DNA of 64,000 nucleotides, taken from positions 1-64,000 of the forward strand of contig CALSCO010000113.1 in NCBI GenBank assembly GCA_943704415.1, written 5' to 3'. Under the pieces are notes generated by a model that made no database searches, had not been told where the DNA came from, and saw only the letters and a list, made by a program, of their open reading frames with translations. Source of the DNA: Parvularia atlantis. Its lineage: Eukaryota. The position numbers and the translations under genes are program-made. Below, piece by piece: positions 1-13,500 of the stretch (positions are counted from its first letter, which is position 1; every line of letters begins with the position of its first letter).

Positions 1-987
1 ACCACCACCGTCGTCTGCGCTACGAGCGTCTCGTCGTTGATCGGCTGCTGCTCGAGCGTGCGCAGCCGCGCCACGAGCTGCTCGCGCTCACGTACAGCCT
101 GCACCGACTCGCCCGCCGGTGCCGCCTCCGCCGCCGCGCGTGCCCGCGCCAGGTGGTCCTGCGTCAGCACAAGCGCGTCCTTCTGCTCGAGCAGCGCCTT
201 GATGTCGGTCGTCCGCACCAGGTCAAACTCATGCTTGAGCTCGTGCTTGCGGCCCTTGAGCTCGTCCAGCTTGCGCTGCAGCGGCTCGATCAGCGGGTCG
301 AAGAAGCCGTCGACCGTGGCCAGGCCCGCGCGATTGAGCTCCTCGAGGCGCGCGATGTCGGCCTCGATCGCGTCGATGCCCGCCTTGACCTTCTGCTGCT
401 GCGGCTCGAGCGCGCTGCCGAGCGTGACGATGGCCGCGCGCTGCTTCTCGAGGCCCTTGGCGACGGGCACGAACGGATGATCGCGATGCGGCGCGGCGAT
501 GCAGTCGACGCAGGCGAGCTGGTCGCATCGGTTGCAGAACTGCGTCGCGCGGTTGGCCGGGTGCGCCTTGCACATCGGCACGCTCGTCGCCGCGCCGGGC
601 TTGGCCGTCACGACGTGCGTCCGGTTCACCTTGGCGCGCTGGTGCGCCTCGGCCTCTGTCGTGCACAGGTCGATCGCGCACGTCTCGCAGCGGTGCGTCG
701 CGGACGCCTCCTCGCACGACTGGCACATCGTCACCACCGCATCGGCCGTCGCAGCGGCGGGCTCGAGCAGGTCGGCGCGGCTGAACTCGGCGTGGCAATA
801 CGTCTGGCCGAGCAGGAACAGGCACTTGCGGCGTGCGTCGGTCGTCTTGCGCACGCACACTGCGCAGATCGGGTGCAGGCACGGCGTCCGTCCCGCGTCC
901 GCGTCCAGCGCATCCAGGGCAGAACGGGCAGAGATACGTTCTGCCCTCGAAACTCGATCTCGCCACACCTGTTTGTGCCGCAGCCAT
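1..987 (-). CDS. TRIM-like RING/B-box/coiled-coil protein (3' end beyond the window; 1-nt frameshift at 917-919)
   Basis: Minus-strand translation gives CPFC|LDALDADAGRTPCLHPICAVC (RING-like), then CQSCEEASATHRCETCAIDLC...H and CKAHPANRATQFCNRCDQLACVDCIAAPHRDH (two B-boxes), then a coiled coil. The RING is continuous only if one base of the GGG run at 917-919 is removed. Confidence 0.75.
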
Positions 988-1576
988 GCCTCTGTACGAG
1001 TGCATGACCATCGCGCGGACGTACATGAAGTCGGTGCGCGCCTCGTCGTCTCGTGGCCGCGCCGCCGCCTCACGCCCGCGTCGCACGTGCAGGGCGACCT
1101 GGTCGACCTGATCAAGAAGACGGCGTTCATCGTGCTCGACAACCGCGGCGTCGTGCGCAAGATTGAGCACCTGGGCGCGTCCAACCTGCCGTACCCGATG
1201 AAGGCGCACATGGACAGGTTCACAAACGGGCGGTGCGGAAGGCGCGCTCGCTCGGCCGTGCCGCCGTGCTGACGTCGCGAGCGGCAGACACCTGCTCATG
1301 TCGTTCGACGCGCGGCCGGCGATCGTCTCGGAGCTGAGTCGGCAGCTGAGCATCGACGACCGTGTGATCCACCACTTCATCGTCAAGCGGCCGCTGACGG
1401 AGCAGGCGCGTGCGCACCGCGGGCCCGCGGGCGCGCTGACGGCGTGCGCGCGCATGCAGCTCGGCAAGACACGCGGGCCAAGCCCTGTGCGCGTCAGCCT
1501 GGTCAACGAGGGCAAGGAGGAGCGCGTCGTCGAGTCGTTGCGGGATTTCTTTGAGGAGCAGACGCCACGCAAGTGA
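986..1576 (+). CDS. MRPS6: Mitochondrial ribosomal protein bS6m
   Basis: Spliced: MPLYECMTIARTYMKS|GDLVDLIKKTAFIVLDNRGVVRKIEHLGASNLPYPMKAH...R|HLLMSFDARPAIVSELSRQLSIDDRVIHHFIVK. Shows the typical S6 features MPLYE, GVVR..LG...LPY and DxRVI. Confidence 0.88.
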
Positions 1577-1685
1577 CGGCGCGCGCGCAGTTGTGGCACA
1601 GAACAGGCATAGCACACAGATGAAGAGAACACAAAACAAAGAACAAAGCGGATGTTGTCGTTCGTGATTCTGCGTTGCGCCGCGC

Positions 1686-2752
1686 TTACTCGGTCTTCTT
1701 CTGCATGCCCCTCTTGCCCTTAGCCATGTAGGTCGAATAGAAGAACTCGATGAAGAGGTAGAGGTAGCTCGACAGCAGCAGGCAGCCATACCAGCCGGCC
1801 ATCTTGTCGCCCTGGCAGTCGCCGTGGTGCGGCGCCCAGTCGTTGACGTGCGCGTAGGCCGTGTAGAGCGCGTAGTAGCAGGCGACGAGGTCGATCACAA
1901 ACTGCACAATCTGGATCGTCGTCACGTGCTGCTTCCACCAGATGTCGCGCACGCCGATGGCCGAGAGGTAGTAGTAGTAGTACTGTGCGTCGTTGGTGCG
2001 GCGCGTGAGCCACTCGCGCGCATGCGCACGGCCGCGCGCGCGCACCATGACCACGTGCACAAACACGTTGAGGATGATCGGCACCCATTGCTGCGGGACA
2101 GGGGGGCGCACTGCGTGAGCCGCGCGGTCGCGTCGCGGCCGAAAAGCGCGCGCACCACGGAGACCTCGCCGCGCAGCTGCGTGATGCACAGGATCATCGT
2201 GAGCGAGTGGTGGTAGACGTGCAGGAACTTGAGCTCTTTGCGGCTGAGCACGAGGAAGACCGTGTCGACGAGCTCCCAGTACTTGGACAGGTAGTTGAGG
2301 TAGTAGGCAAACTGCAAATGCCCGTCAAAGTAGCTCGCGCGGTTGCAGACGGCGTAGAACAGGCCGTGACGCAGGACCATGGGCACGACGAGCTCCGCGA
2401 GCAGCAGCAGGAGCACGAGCGATGCGAGCGTGAGCAGGAGGTTGTGCACGACAAAGGCCAGGTTGAGCAGCGACGTGTCCATCTTGGCCGCGGGGCGCTT
2501 CTTGCCCTCGCCAGTGCCGTTTTGCGCGCGCGGCGGCTTGTCCTCCCGTGACTGCGCAGGGAAGACGAGCTTGAGGCTGAAGATGACCGTGAGGTACACC
2601 GCGAGGCCGATGAAAGCCTCAGTCATCGTCGACAGCGGCGTCACGCCCGGCTGGAAGCGCCAGGCCCACGTGTGCTGGCCGGTCACGGCGTGGTACACGG
2701 CGTCGACTGCGAGGTTGGTCACCTGCCAGCTCTCGAAGCCCTCGGAGGCCAT
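1686..2752 (-). CDS. ELO/GNS1-SUR4 fatty acid elongase
   Basis: Motifs YLSKYWELVDTVF, FLHVYHH, NVFVHVVM|YYYY, TTIQIVQF, and a C-terminal KKTE ER-retrieval-type motif. Two introns. Confidence 0.95.
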
Positions 2753-3213
2753 CTCTGCCGCAGCGCGCACCGTGAGCGCACGTGCGAAGTGGCGTGATCT
2801 CGCGAGGGGCCACGCGCGGATTCGGCCGCGGCTGATAGCGGATCTGCCGCGCCCGCCACACGCCCCCCACTTCACCGAGCCCTCTCGCGCGCGCGCACGG
2901 CAGTCAGCAGAGGCGCGGAAGCGCGCACAGCAGAGCGCGGCGCAGCGTGCGAACGAAAGGAGCGCATGGCAAGGAAAGCTCTAGAATCCTGACAGATTCT
3001 GTTTTGGGCCGACCTTTTGCCTTGGGCTCGTTGGCGCGCGGTCCGTTCTCGTTCGCGCGACCGCACCGCACCGCAGCGCACCTCCCCGCGCCAACCGCAC
3101 AGCCGCGTCGACCACACGGTGCGCCGCGCACGTGCCGACCCGCCGTTCGCAGTGGCGTGAAACGCGTCGCAACTCCTGAGAAAAGGCCGGCGTGTCGGGC
3201 GCGCGTGTGTGCG

Positions 3214-5977
3214 ATGGACGCCTCGCGCGACAAGCCGCTGCCGGCTGTGCCGGCGCCGGCGCCGCCGCAGGTGCGGCCCAAGCCGCAGATCGCGCCCAAG
3301 CCGGCCGTGATCCCTACTGCGCGGCCGCATCCGCCGCCGCCGCCGCCGCGGCCCACTGCCAAGCCCGAGCTCGACCGCGCCGTGGCCGTCTGGGCGTCGA
3401 CCGAGGCGTCGCACGAGCAGGAGCTGTGCTTCGCCGAGGGCGACGAGATGGCCGTCGTGGAACGCTCCGACCCTGACTGGTGGAAGGTCGAGCTGGGCGG
3501 GCGGACGGGCTACGTGCCGGCCGCGTATGTCAAGCTTGTCAACCCGACCCATGCGCCTGCGCCTGCACCTGCACCTGCTGCTTCGGCCGTGCCTGCGACT
3601 GCACCAGGACCGGTACCAGCACCAGCACCAGCACCAGCACCGGCACCAGCACCAGCACCAGCGCCCGCACCCGCACCCGCAGCGCCAGCGTCGCCGCCGT
3701 CGCCCGTCGCGGCGGCCGAGCCGCAGCTCGTGCGCGTGCTCTTCGCCTCGTCAGCGGACCACTCCGCCGAGCTCTCTGTCAAGGTGGGCGACGTGCTCGA
3801 GCTGATCGACGACAGCAACCCCGACTGGTGGCACGCGCACCTGAACGGCGAGATCGGGTGGATCCCGGCCAGCTTCGTCGAGCGCATCACCGCCGAGCCC
3901 ACCCTGCCTGCCGGCGCACCCGCGCCGGACGACGAGCCCCGCAAGCTGTCGCCCGCCGAGCTGCGCGAGCGCGTCATCGCCGAGATCGTCGCGACCGAGC
4001 GCGACTATATCCGCAACTTGGGCCTCGTGATCGAGGTGCGCACCGGCGAGTGCGGGCTGCGCACGACTGACGGCGTCGCGCAGGGGTACAAGCGCAAGAT
4101 GGAGGTGCTCGATGGCGTGAGCCGCAGCGACGTCGCACTGCTCTTCAGCAACATCGAAGAGATCCACGCGTTTCAAAAGGCGTTTGAGCGCAAACTGTCG
4201 CAGGCCGTCGAGGCGCGGCCGCGGCTGCTCGGGCGCGTGTTCCTGGACGAGGTGCGGCTGCTGTCGCGTGCTCGCTGCCGGACCGCTCACGCGTGCGCGT
4301 CCCGGAGCAGAAGGACGGCTTCAAGATCTACGCCGAGTACTGCGTCAACCACCCGAAGGCGATCGCATTCTTGAGCGAGCTGCAAAAGACCGACGCCAAG
4401 CTCAAAGCGTTCTTCCTGGTGTGCACGGCCCTGCGTCCTCGCGCGTCTGGCTGACGTACGCGCACGCCGCAGGGATGCCGCCTGCTGATCGAGCAGGACA
4501 TTGCGCTCGAGGGCTTCCTGCTGACGCCGATCCAGCGCCTGTGCAAGTACCCGCTGTTGCTGCGGGTGCGCTGGCCGCAGCGGAACAAGCGCCGGCTGCT
4601 CACACGCGCGCGAGCCCGCAGGAGCTGCAAAAGTATACCGACGAGACGCATGCGGACTTCAGGGACACAGAGGACGCGCTCGCGCAAATGAAGGAGGTCG
4701 CGAGCTTCGTCAACGAGATGCAGCGCCTCAAAGACAACAAGGCGCTCATCGCCGAGCTGCAGACACGTATCGAGGGCTGGGAGGTGCGCGCGCGTCCGCC
4801 GCTCGTGGCACCGCTCACACGTTCGTCCAGGGGCCCGACCTCGTCGAGCACAACACGGAGCTGCTGATGGAGGCGACGGTGACCAAGATCTCGCACGGCA
4901 AGGCGCAGGAGCGGCGCTTGTTCCTGCTTGACAAGAACCTGGTCTATGCGAAAGAGAACCCGCTCAAGCGGGTGCGTTCGCCGTTGCCGTGCTGGCGTGG
5001 TTCGCGCCGACACGTGCGCCGCGCAGAAAACGTACACCTTCAAGGGCAACATCCCGCTGAGCAAGTGCAATATTGTCGCGCTGCCGGACAAGGACGTTGA
5101 GCACGGTTTGCGGCGCGCGCGCGCGCAAGCCCGTCGCGGTTGCCGCTCACGCCGCTGCTCTCAGCCTGGCAGATCACGCGCTACGACCTCAGCGCGCCCA
5201 AGACTTACATCGTCGCGGCCAAGTCGCCCGAGGAGCGCGACAAGTGGCTCGGGGCGCTCGAGAGCGCGCAGGCCAAGCTCGACTTTGTCGTGCGCCGTGC
5301 GTGTGGGCGCGGCCTCGGCTGCTGCCCGCGCTGGCTGAACCGATCTGTCTTGCGCGCACGCAGCCGGGCCCGCGCCACAGGTGCTGCGCGCCGCCCCCGC
5401 CCGGCCTGTCGCGCCCAACTCACCCCCACCCGTCAAGCCGCGCACGGGCATCCCGGCCGGCGCCGTTGCCCTGCCCGTGTTGGGCGCGCGGCCGTTCAAC
5501 GTGACGGCGCCAGACGCGCCGGCGAGGCCACCAGCCGAGGGGCGCCCGTCGTTCGCGGGCGGCTCGGTACGCGGACGCATCACCTCGGTCTCGTCCGAGA
5601 GCCTGTCCAGCACGGACGACTCGCCGCCCAAGGACAAGGACAAGCCCGGGCGGCTAGTGTCGGCCATCCGCGGTACGCGCCTTGCTGGTGTATCGCTTTC
5701 TGCGCCCGGCTGAAGTTGATGCGGCGCAGCCGGCTCGAGCGCGCTGCTGCGCACGAAGCGATCCAATTCGGACGCGAGCAGTGCGGCCGACATCGCCAGC
5801 GCGGTGTCAGCGGGCAGCCTGCGCTCTGACAGCCTCAGCGGCGCTCAATCCAAGACGCCGGTGCTGGGCAGCAGCGCAAGCATGGACAACCTGCTGAAGG
5901 AGATGCAGCGCAAGCGCGAGGCGGCAGCGGTAGCGGCAGCGGCCGGCGCAGCAACGTCACCTCCCAAGACGCGCTAG
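3214..5977 (+). CDS. SH3-SH3-RhoGEF(DH)-PH protein
   Basis: Two SH3 domains (ELCFAEGD...DWWK...GYVPAAYV; ELSVKVGD...DWW...GWIPASFV). DH domain (RERVIAEIVATERDYIRNL; LFSNIEEI; FLLTPIQRLCKYPLLL). PH domain (RRLFLLDKNLVY; AKSPEERDKWL). Pro-rich linkers. Confidence 0.92.
3553..3685 (+). repeat. Coding (GCACCA/GCACCT)n hexamer repeat encoding a Pro-Ala linker
   Basis: Tandem gcacca/gcacct units between the two SH3 domains. Confidence 0.85.
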
Positions 5978-6050
5978 GCTCTGCAGCGCAACCAAAAAAG
6001 AAAAAACAAGCCAACCGATTTGTTCTTCCCCGCAGCGTGTACAGCCGCGA

Positions 6051-7571
6051 TCAGTCGAGCACGACCAGGCCGCGCGCGATCGCCAGCTCGGCGTTGAGGA
6101 TGGCGCTGCCGGCCGCGCCCAGGATCGTGTTGTGCGAAAGCAGCGTGAACTGCACGCCCGGCCCGAGTTCCTCCGTCTGTGACGACTTGAGCGGGCGCAC
6201 GCGCCCGACCGACACCGTGAAGCCCTCGCCTCGGTTGCGGTCCATGCGCGGCTGCGGCCGGTTGCTCTGCGCCATGACGCACACACTGCGGCGTGCGGTT
6301 GTGCGCACATCTGAGCATTGCACCTGCGCTGCGCTGCGAGAGGGGCTGAGCACACACCACTCGGCCGGCGCGGAGGGCAGGCGCAGCCGCTGCGCGTCGC
6401 AGGTGTACTTGCGCAGCACGTCCTCGACCTGCGCGACCGAGACCGGCCGCTCGAAGCGCAGCAGGACGCTCTCGGTGTGCCCGTCGAGCACCGGCACGCT
6501 AGCCGTGTGCGCTCTCAGCCACGGATAAGCCGCTGAGCGGGGTCGCACCGGTTGCACGACGCAAAGACGTCAAACTGCGCAAAGACGTGCTGCGTGCGGT
6601 CGGCGTTGAGCGCGCCGAGGATCTTGAGCGGCTCGGTCTCGAGCTGCGCGCGCGCGCAGTGTGAGCCGCGAGCACAGGGCGCGCCACAGACAGCGTGCCT
6701 TGTCTTCCTCGCCGGAGATGTACGGGATGACGTTGTCGATGATGTCCATCGAGCTCACGCCTGGGCGGGGCGCGACGTGAGCCGCCCGCGGCGTGCACAG
6801 AGAGCAGCGCACCGGGGTAGCCCGCGCCGCTGACGGCCTGCATCGTCACAACGGTGCACTCGCGGATGCCGAAGGCGGTGTGCAGCGGCTTAAGCGCCAC
6901 GACCAGGCCCGTCGTCGAGCAGTTGGCGTTGCACACGAGAAAGCCTGCACGGCCCGGCACGGCGTGAGCGGCTGGTCAGGAGCGGAGAGACGGAGGGAGC
7001 AGTGCACCCTTGCGCAGCCCGCGCTGCTGCCGCTGCGCCGCGATCAGCGCGAGGTGGTCGTCGTTGACGAGCGGCACTGCGTTGCCCGTCGTGAGCATCG
7101 CGCGGCAGCCGCACGGCGCAGCGAGCCGCACCGACGAGCGGCACGTCGAGCGCCATCCGGTGGTTGCGCGCGTTGCTGAGCACGGCAAAGTCGCTGCGGA
7201 TGAACGCGGTCTCTGCGCCGCGCGCCGCGTCAGCCGCCACCGCCGCCGTCGCATTGGGCAGGCAGACGCGCACCGATCTCGCCCGCGACGGAGCTGTCGA
7301 GGCCCGAGAAGACGACGTCGCAGCCGGCAAAGTGCGCCGGCTCGCACGGCACAACCGGCAGTGCGGCCACGGCCGGCGGGATGGCCTCGGGCAGGATCCA
7401 CGTGCGCACGGCGTCGGCGTAGGCGCGTCCGTGCGAGCGGTCGCTCGCGCCGAGAGCGTGCACGACGAACCACGGGTGGCCCGCCAGCAGCTGCACGAAA
7501 CGCTGCCCGACTGCGCCGGTCGCGCCTAGGATGCCGACGCGCACGGGGCGGGGCGGCGGCGGGTGGCTCAT
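6051..7571 (-). CDS. HOM2: Aspartate-semialdehyde dehydrogenase (HOM2/archaeal-fungal type)
   Basis: [24 protein letters not shown], catalytic [54 protein letters not shown]. Confidence 0.96.
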
Positions 7572-7753
7572 GGCGCTGATCGCGGTGCCGCGGGGATGAG
7601 TGAGCACAAGCACCAGGGTGAGGGAACAACGACCTTACGTGCACTGTGTCGAGTCAAGAGCGAGAGAGCGAGAGTGGGACAGAGCGAGAGAGAACGAGAG
7701 GGGAGAAGAGGGCGGAGACGAGAGAAGAATGATGCTGTAAAACGGGTGCGGCG

Positions 7754-9977
7754 CTACTGGTACGTCGGCGCGTTGGCCACGCGGTCGTGCAGGCGGAAGC
7801 GCTCGCGCAGGTGCGGGCGCACGTCCTCGACCGTCGCAATCGTCTCGAGGAACTCGAGCACCTTCATCAGCTCACGGTCCTTGCGGTCCTCGTACCAGCT
7901 CTCAATCGGGATGCCGTTGGCGATCTGCGCGGTCGCTGTTCAGCACAACCGCGCCAGTCGCAGCCTGCCGCGCGCACCTGGTAGCCAAAGGCCTGGGGCG
8001 AGTTGTCGACGATGAGCGCGCGGGCCATGTCGCGCCCGAGCACCGAAAGGTCTTTGAGGTAGTTGCCCTCGATGAACACGCACGAGTCGCGGAACAGGCG
8101 GTGCCTGCGCGCCGTCCGCGCCGCTCAGCGCCGCGGCCACAGCGGCAGCGTGCACGCCGGGCCGCACTTGATCAGCTTGCGGTCGCGGTCGAGCAGGTCC
8201 AGCAACTTGTCGGCGTAGACGGCCTGCGAGGCGGTGAAGACGACGACCTCGAACAGCTCACTTGCCCGCGTCAAGAACTCAAACAGGAACGGGCGCTTCA
8301 TCATGTACACCTGGCGCCGCGCCCGCGTCAGCACGGCCGCGCGTGCGCCTCGCCAGGCGCGCACCTGGAACTCTTGCCCGTTCAGGTCGACCGGGAAGAC
8401 CATGTCCGCGTCCGGGAGCATGCTCGTGCTGCAGTGCACAAGGGTCTCGTCGAGGTCAAGCACTGCACGTGCAGCAGGTCAGCACTGGGCCCAGGGCGCG
8501 TGTGCGCGCGTGCACGCACCGAGCGTGATCGGCGGACTCCCGGCCTCCTTGAACGGCAGGCGGTACGGCAACGTGAGGTGCTCCTTCGGCAGCGGCGGTA
8601 GGTTGCGGATGAACGTGAACCTGCGCGTCGCGTGCGTCAGCGTGCAAGCCACGCTGCACACACACACGGCTGCGGCCGCGCACGGGTCAAACTCGATCCA
8701 CTGCACAGCCTCCTGCCCGTCGGCGTCGGCCGCGGTGGCCGTGTTGCTGTCGCCGGCGTCGTCGCCGTCCGGCGTCGACATGCCGTTCGTCCCGTACACG
8801 ACCGCGCTCGGCAAGCTCGCGTACTCGATGCGCTCGGCCCGGATGTAGCCAGCCTCGGCGTTTTCCACGTCCTCGTCCTCCTCGGCCTCGCTCTCGTCCA
8901 GCCGCGCGGCCACAAGCGTCGTCGCGACGCTCCCGCTCGGGCTGCTCTCCTCATCGCCGCCCTCGTCCTCGTAACCGTCGCTGCTGGGCATGGGGGTGCG
9001 CCGCGCGGGCGCCGTCCACGTGCGCCGGCCCTCGAGCGTGCGCCAGCCGTCGTGCACGGGCGCCGAGGCTGCGCGCTGCCGCGACGGGTGGTCGACGGCC
9101 ATGCTCGTGTCCTCGTCGACCGGCGCGAGCAGCGGCGTAACCGAGGCACCGTGCATTGCGCTGTAGCCGTGGCCGTGGCCGTGGCCGTGCGCCTCGGGCA
9201 CGTCCGGCAGGTCTGCGTGGTTGGCGAGGTCGTCCGGGTCGAGAGACAGGTCGCTCGGGTTGGACGCGGTCGACAGCCGGCGTTTTCCTGCGAGCGCGCA
9301 GTCAGCCCCACGCGCGCTCAGCGCCGGCGCAGCGACGCACGCGGCGACAGCGGCGAGGACAACGGCCCGGCCCCGTCGATGCTTCCGCTGAAGCTGTTCT
9401 TGCGCACGGCGCCGGTGAACGGCGGCGAGAACAGCGTCTCGCTCGGCGACGCCGCGTCGTCCATCCCGTCATCTTCGGCCACCGTGACGGCGCCTCCGCT
9501 GCTGCTGCCGCTGCTGCTGTTGCTGCTGTTGCTGTTGCTGCTGGCGTGCCCGTTGACGTGCCCGTTCCCGTTGATGTTCTTGTTGACGTGGCCGTGCCCG
9601 TTGACGGCGGGATGGCCGTTGACGGGCGGTGCCGATGCGGGCTCGACGTGGTGGTGGTGCTGGTTGCTGCCCGCGGTGGCCGCGAGGGGTATCCGCACGA
9701 ACATGGCGCCGTGCGGGCGCACGCGCGGCTCCGGCATTGACGCCGTCCGTGCGCGCAGCGGCGCCCTCGGCGGCAGGTCCAACGGCGCCGTCGCCGCGTC
9801 AGCCAGGTCGACGTCGCCGTCCGCGCCGCCGTCGGACGCCACGGTGCCGTTGAGCGCGCGCGGGCGCAGCCGCTTGGCCTCGCGCGGCGACGGCGGCGCG
9901 GGCGCGGGCACGGGCACGGGCGGCGGGTGCAGCCGCCCGGCGGGGCGCGGCGACGACGTGATGAACGACGTGCTCAT
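7754..9977 (-). CDS. CTD small phosphatase-like protein (NIF/FCP1 domain, CTDSPL2-like) with a long disordered N-terminus; start uncertain
   Basis: [12 protein letters not shown] (DxDxT), [61 protein letters not shown]. Confidence 0.9.
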
Positions 9978-10503
9978 TACGTACACCACCTGCTGCTGCT
10001 GCTGCGGAGGGCGCGTGAGCGACGGCGACGGCGACGGCGACAGCGACGGCGATGGCGCCACAAGAAGGTGATTCGTACGTCACCGGCTCTGGCGAAAGAC
10101 GCGCCACAACGCGGCGGCGCACGCGGCACACGCGACGGCAGCAGCGGCCCCACGCGCCTCCCGTACAAGACCAGCAGGAACAGCAGCGCACACGCGGCGT
10201 GGGCGAGGCGCGCGGAGGGGAAAGAGGACGCGGGGGGTGCCGCCGAAGGGGGCGGACAAACGTCACGCGCGCGCCCGAAACGGGGATCGCTGGACCGCGT
10301 GTGGATGGCGGCGCGCCGCGACCACCCACCGAAAGCACCCGCTCCCACACGCGCGCGCACGTGCAGTCGCAGGCACGCAGAGAGGCCGAAGGAGCGAGCG
10401 GGAGGGCCGAGCCTGCGGGCAGCGCGCCACGCGGGAGGTGAAACGCGGAGCGCGATAGTGTATACGCGACATTGCAGGCTGCTGCACAGGTCCACTCATA
10501 CAC

Positions 10504-13500
10504 ATGAGCGACTACCGGCTTGAACATCTCGTGCGCGCTGCGCCTGCGCCCGCTCAAGGCGGATGCGCGCGCTCAGACGGCCGATGGGCGGCAGGTCGCG
10601 CAGCTGCTTCGGCAGCTGCACATCACCGAGGGCCACGAGCGCTTCGTGCCGCTGGTGCAGCGCGCGGCGACGGCGGCCGCGCCAGCCAAGGTCGCCGCCT
10701 AGCGTCTGCCCGCGACCTGCGCGCTCAATCGCTGCGCTGCCCAGATTGTCCAGGCCGCCGCCAGCGCCACGCGCAAGCGCCTCGCCGGTAGCTCGAGCGA
10801 CCCGGCGCTGTTCCTGCAGCGCTGCGACCGCCTGCGCCAGATGCAGCTCAAGGAGCTCGACACCTTCCTCGTCCTCCTCGGCCGCATTGTCGACGACGCC
10901 GAGCTCTCGGCCGGCCTCGCCGCGGCGCTGCTGGCCAGGGAGGTCGACGCGATGGACGCGCCCAACGACGCCAAGGCCGCCGAGCTGAGCGATCTGCAGC
11001 GCCTCGAGCTCGCGATGGCCCAGGCGCTCAGCAACCCGGCCGTTGCCGCCGCCGCAGCAGCAGCAGCCGTCGGGGCCTCGCCCGCGTCGCGCTCGACCAC
11101 GCCCGGCAGCGTCACGGCCACACCCGCGGCTGCCCTGCCCGCGAAGGCCGCGCCCTCGGCCGCGTCGGCCGCCGCCATCGCCCCGGCACCGCTCGCCGCA
11201 GCAGCGCCGGCCGCTGTCGGGCCAAAGATGCCCGTCTGGGTGCGCAGCGGCGACCACGTGAGCATCCTCAACCTGACCAAGGTGCGCACTGCTCGTGCCT
11301 CGTGCACGCTCAAGCGGCCTCGCGCACACCACGCAGCTCGCACAGCTCCCGAAGGACCCGGCGGCCGCGGCGGCGACGGTGCTCGCACGCGGAGGGGCCA
11401 AGCCGCCGTCGCTCAAGACGATGACGCTCGCCGTGCAGGAGCAGGCGCTCGTGGAAGACCTGGTGCGGCGCAACGCTGCCGCGGCCGCGTGGGCTGACGA
11501 GCCGCCCCGCGCGCAGCTGTTCCTCATGGCCGGCTTTGACGGGCGCTACATTACCATGAGCGCGTTCGACAACAAGGCAGACGGCGGGCCCACATTCACG
11601 ACAGACCCGACGGTACGTGGCGCGGCCGCGTGCGTCGACTGGCTGTGGACGCAAAGGGCGCGCAGATCGACCGCGCGCTCGATCACCTCGTCGGGCGCAT
11701 CCTGCCGATCTGCGCGTCGTACCTGGTCGTCGAGAGCTTTATCGAAGAGGGCGTGGCGTACGAGGCGGGCTACGTCAGCCACGCGCTGTGCGCGGCGATG
11801 CGCACACTGCTCAAGGCGCGGCGGCGGCAAGTAAACGCTGTGCCAGCCTACTGACGCCCCTCGCCGCAGGAGTACCTGGTGCTCGTTGCGCAGCTCGAGC
11901 ACGAGTTCAACCAGGGTGCGCTAACGCTGCAACGGCTGTGGTTCTTCGTGCAGCCGTCGGCCACGAACCTGCGCAGGTGCGGGTTGTCGCGCTTGCGCAG
12001 CCGGCCGCTGATGCCCCACACGCCCAGCAGCCTCGAGCTGCTTGTGCATGTCATCCGCTCGAACCGGTCGCGCGGCGGCGCCATCGTCGACCAGCTGCAC
12101 GAGCAGATGGTGTCGTTCTCCGGGTGCGAGCTCACGCTGCGCCGCGCGGTCGCCGCTTGACATGCGCGCTCGGCCGCAGCGACACGGACGCGCGCGACCT
12201 GTACGCGCACCTGCTGCGTGAGGCGTCGCGGCCGTACTTTGCGATGCTCGAGGACTGGGTCTACCGCGGGCTGATCCAGGACCCGTACCTCGAGTTCATG
12301 GTGCGGTACATCAAGGTGCGTTGCGTGATGGCCCTTCGTGCGTGGCGCGCGGGTGGCTGAGTGGGCGCCGTGCAGCCCAAGGTCGATGACGACGGGTCCA
12401 AGATCTTCACCGAGAACTTCCTCCTGCACAAGGTGCCCGGGTTCCTGGATGAGGTCTCGCACCTGATCCTCAACGCGGGCAAGTACCTCAACGTGATCCG
12501 CCAGTGCGCCCTGCCGATCCCAGAGCGACCGACCGCCAAGGTGCGCTCGCCTCCACGTGCACGCGTGCACGGCGCTGACTGTTGCCGCAGGTCGCATTCT
12601 CGCTCAGCGAGCAGGCGTACGTCGCGCCGATCACCGAGGCGCATGCCTTCGCCGCCGAGCAACTGCTCTCGCTGCTCATGCGCGACCGCAACCTGATGGC
12701 GCGCCTGCGCTCGATGAAGCGCTACTTCTTCCTCGAGGCCGGCGACCTGTTTGTGCACTTTGTCGAGCTCGCGGGCGAGGTGCGTGCGGCTGGACCACGC
12801 AGCCCGCACAGAACGCGCCTGCCCGCGCTCGCAGGAGCTGGCCAAGAGCGTGTCGGACCTGTCGGCCAGCAAGGTGCAGTCGTGCCTGGAAAAGTCGGCC
12901 GTGTGGAGGTGCCCGTTGCGCGCGCGTGCGCACTTGCCGGGCGCAAGGCTGAGACGGGACGCCCGTTCCGCTCCGCAGCAGCATCGCCGGCTCCGACCCG
13001 TACAGCGAGGACCTGCGCATCGCCTTCTCGGAGCTGTCGCTGATCGACGAGCTCATGCGCATCTTCCAGGTGTCGTCATCGTCGCAGTTGTCGGGCGGCT
13101 CGGCGAAGGGCTTGGGCGCGCTGGCCACGCCAACGCCCGTGTCGGCGCAAAGTGCGTGTGACGCGTGAGGACCACCGGCGTGCTGACATGTCGGTTCGAC
13201 GCAGAGGCCACGGTGCTCGCCGGGATGGTGTCCAGCCCTGCGTCGTGCGTTTGCGTCTGGTTGCGGGCGCGACCGCTTGCGTGCTGATGGCACCGCTCGC
13301 AGCACCCACCGCGCGCCGGCGTCGGTGCTGACAGGCATCCAGGCTGTGCTGCTGCAATACGTCGTCGAGTGGCCGCTCTCGCTCGTGCTGAACGCTCAGG
13401 CGCGTCAGCAGTACCAGATGATCTTCCGGCACATCTTCTTCTGCCAGCACGTCGAGCGGCAGGTGAGCGCGCAGCGTCCTCTTCTTACTGGGAGCTCACG

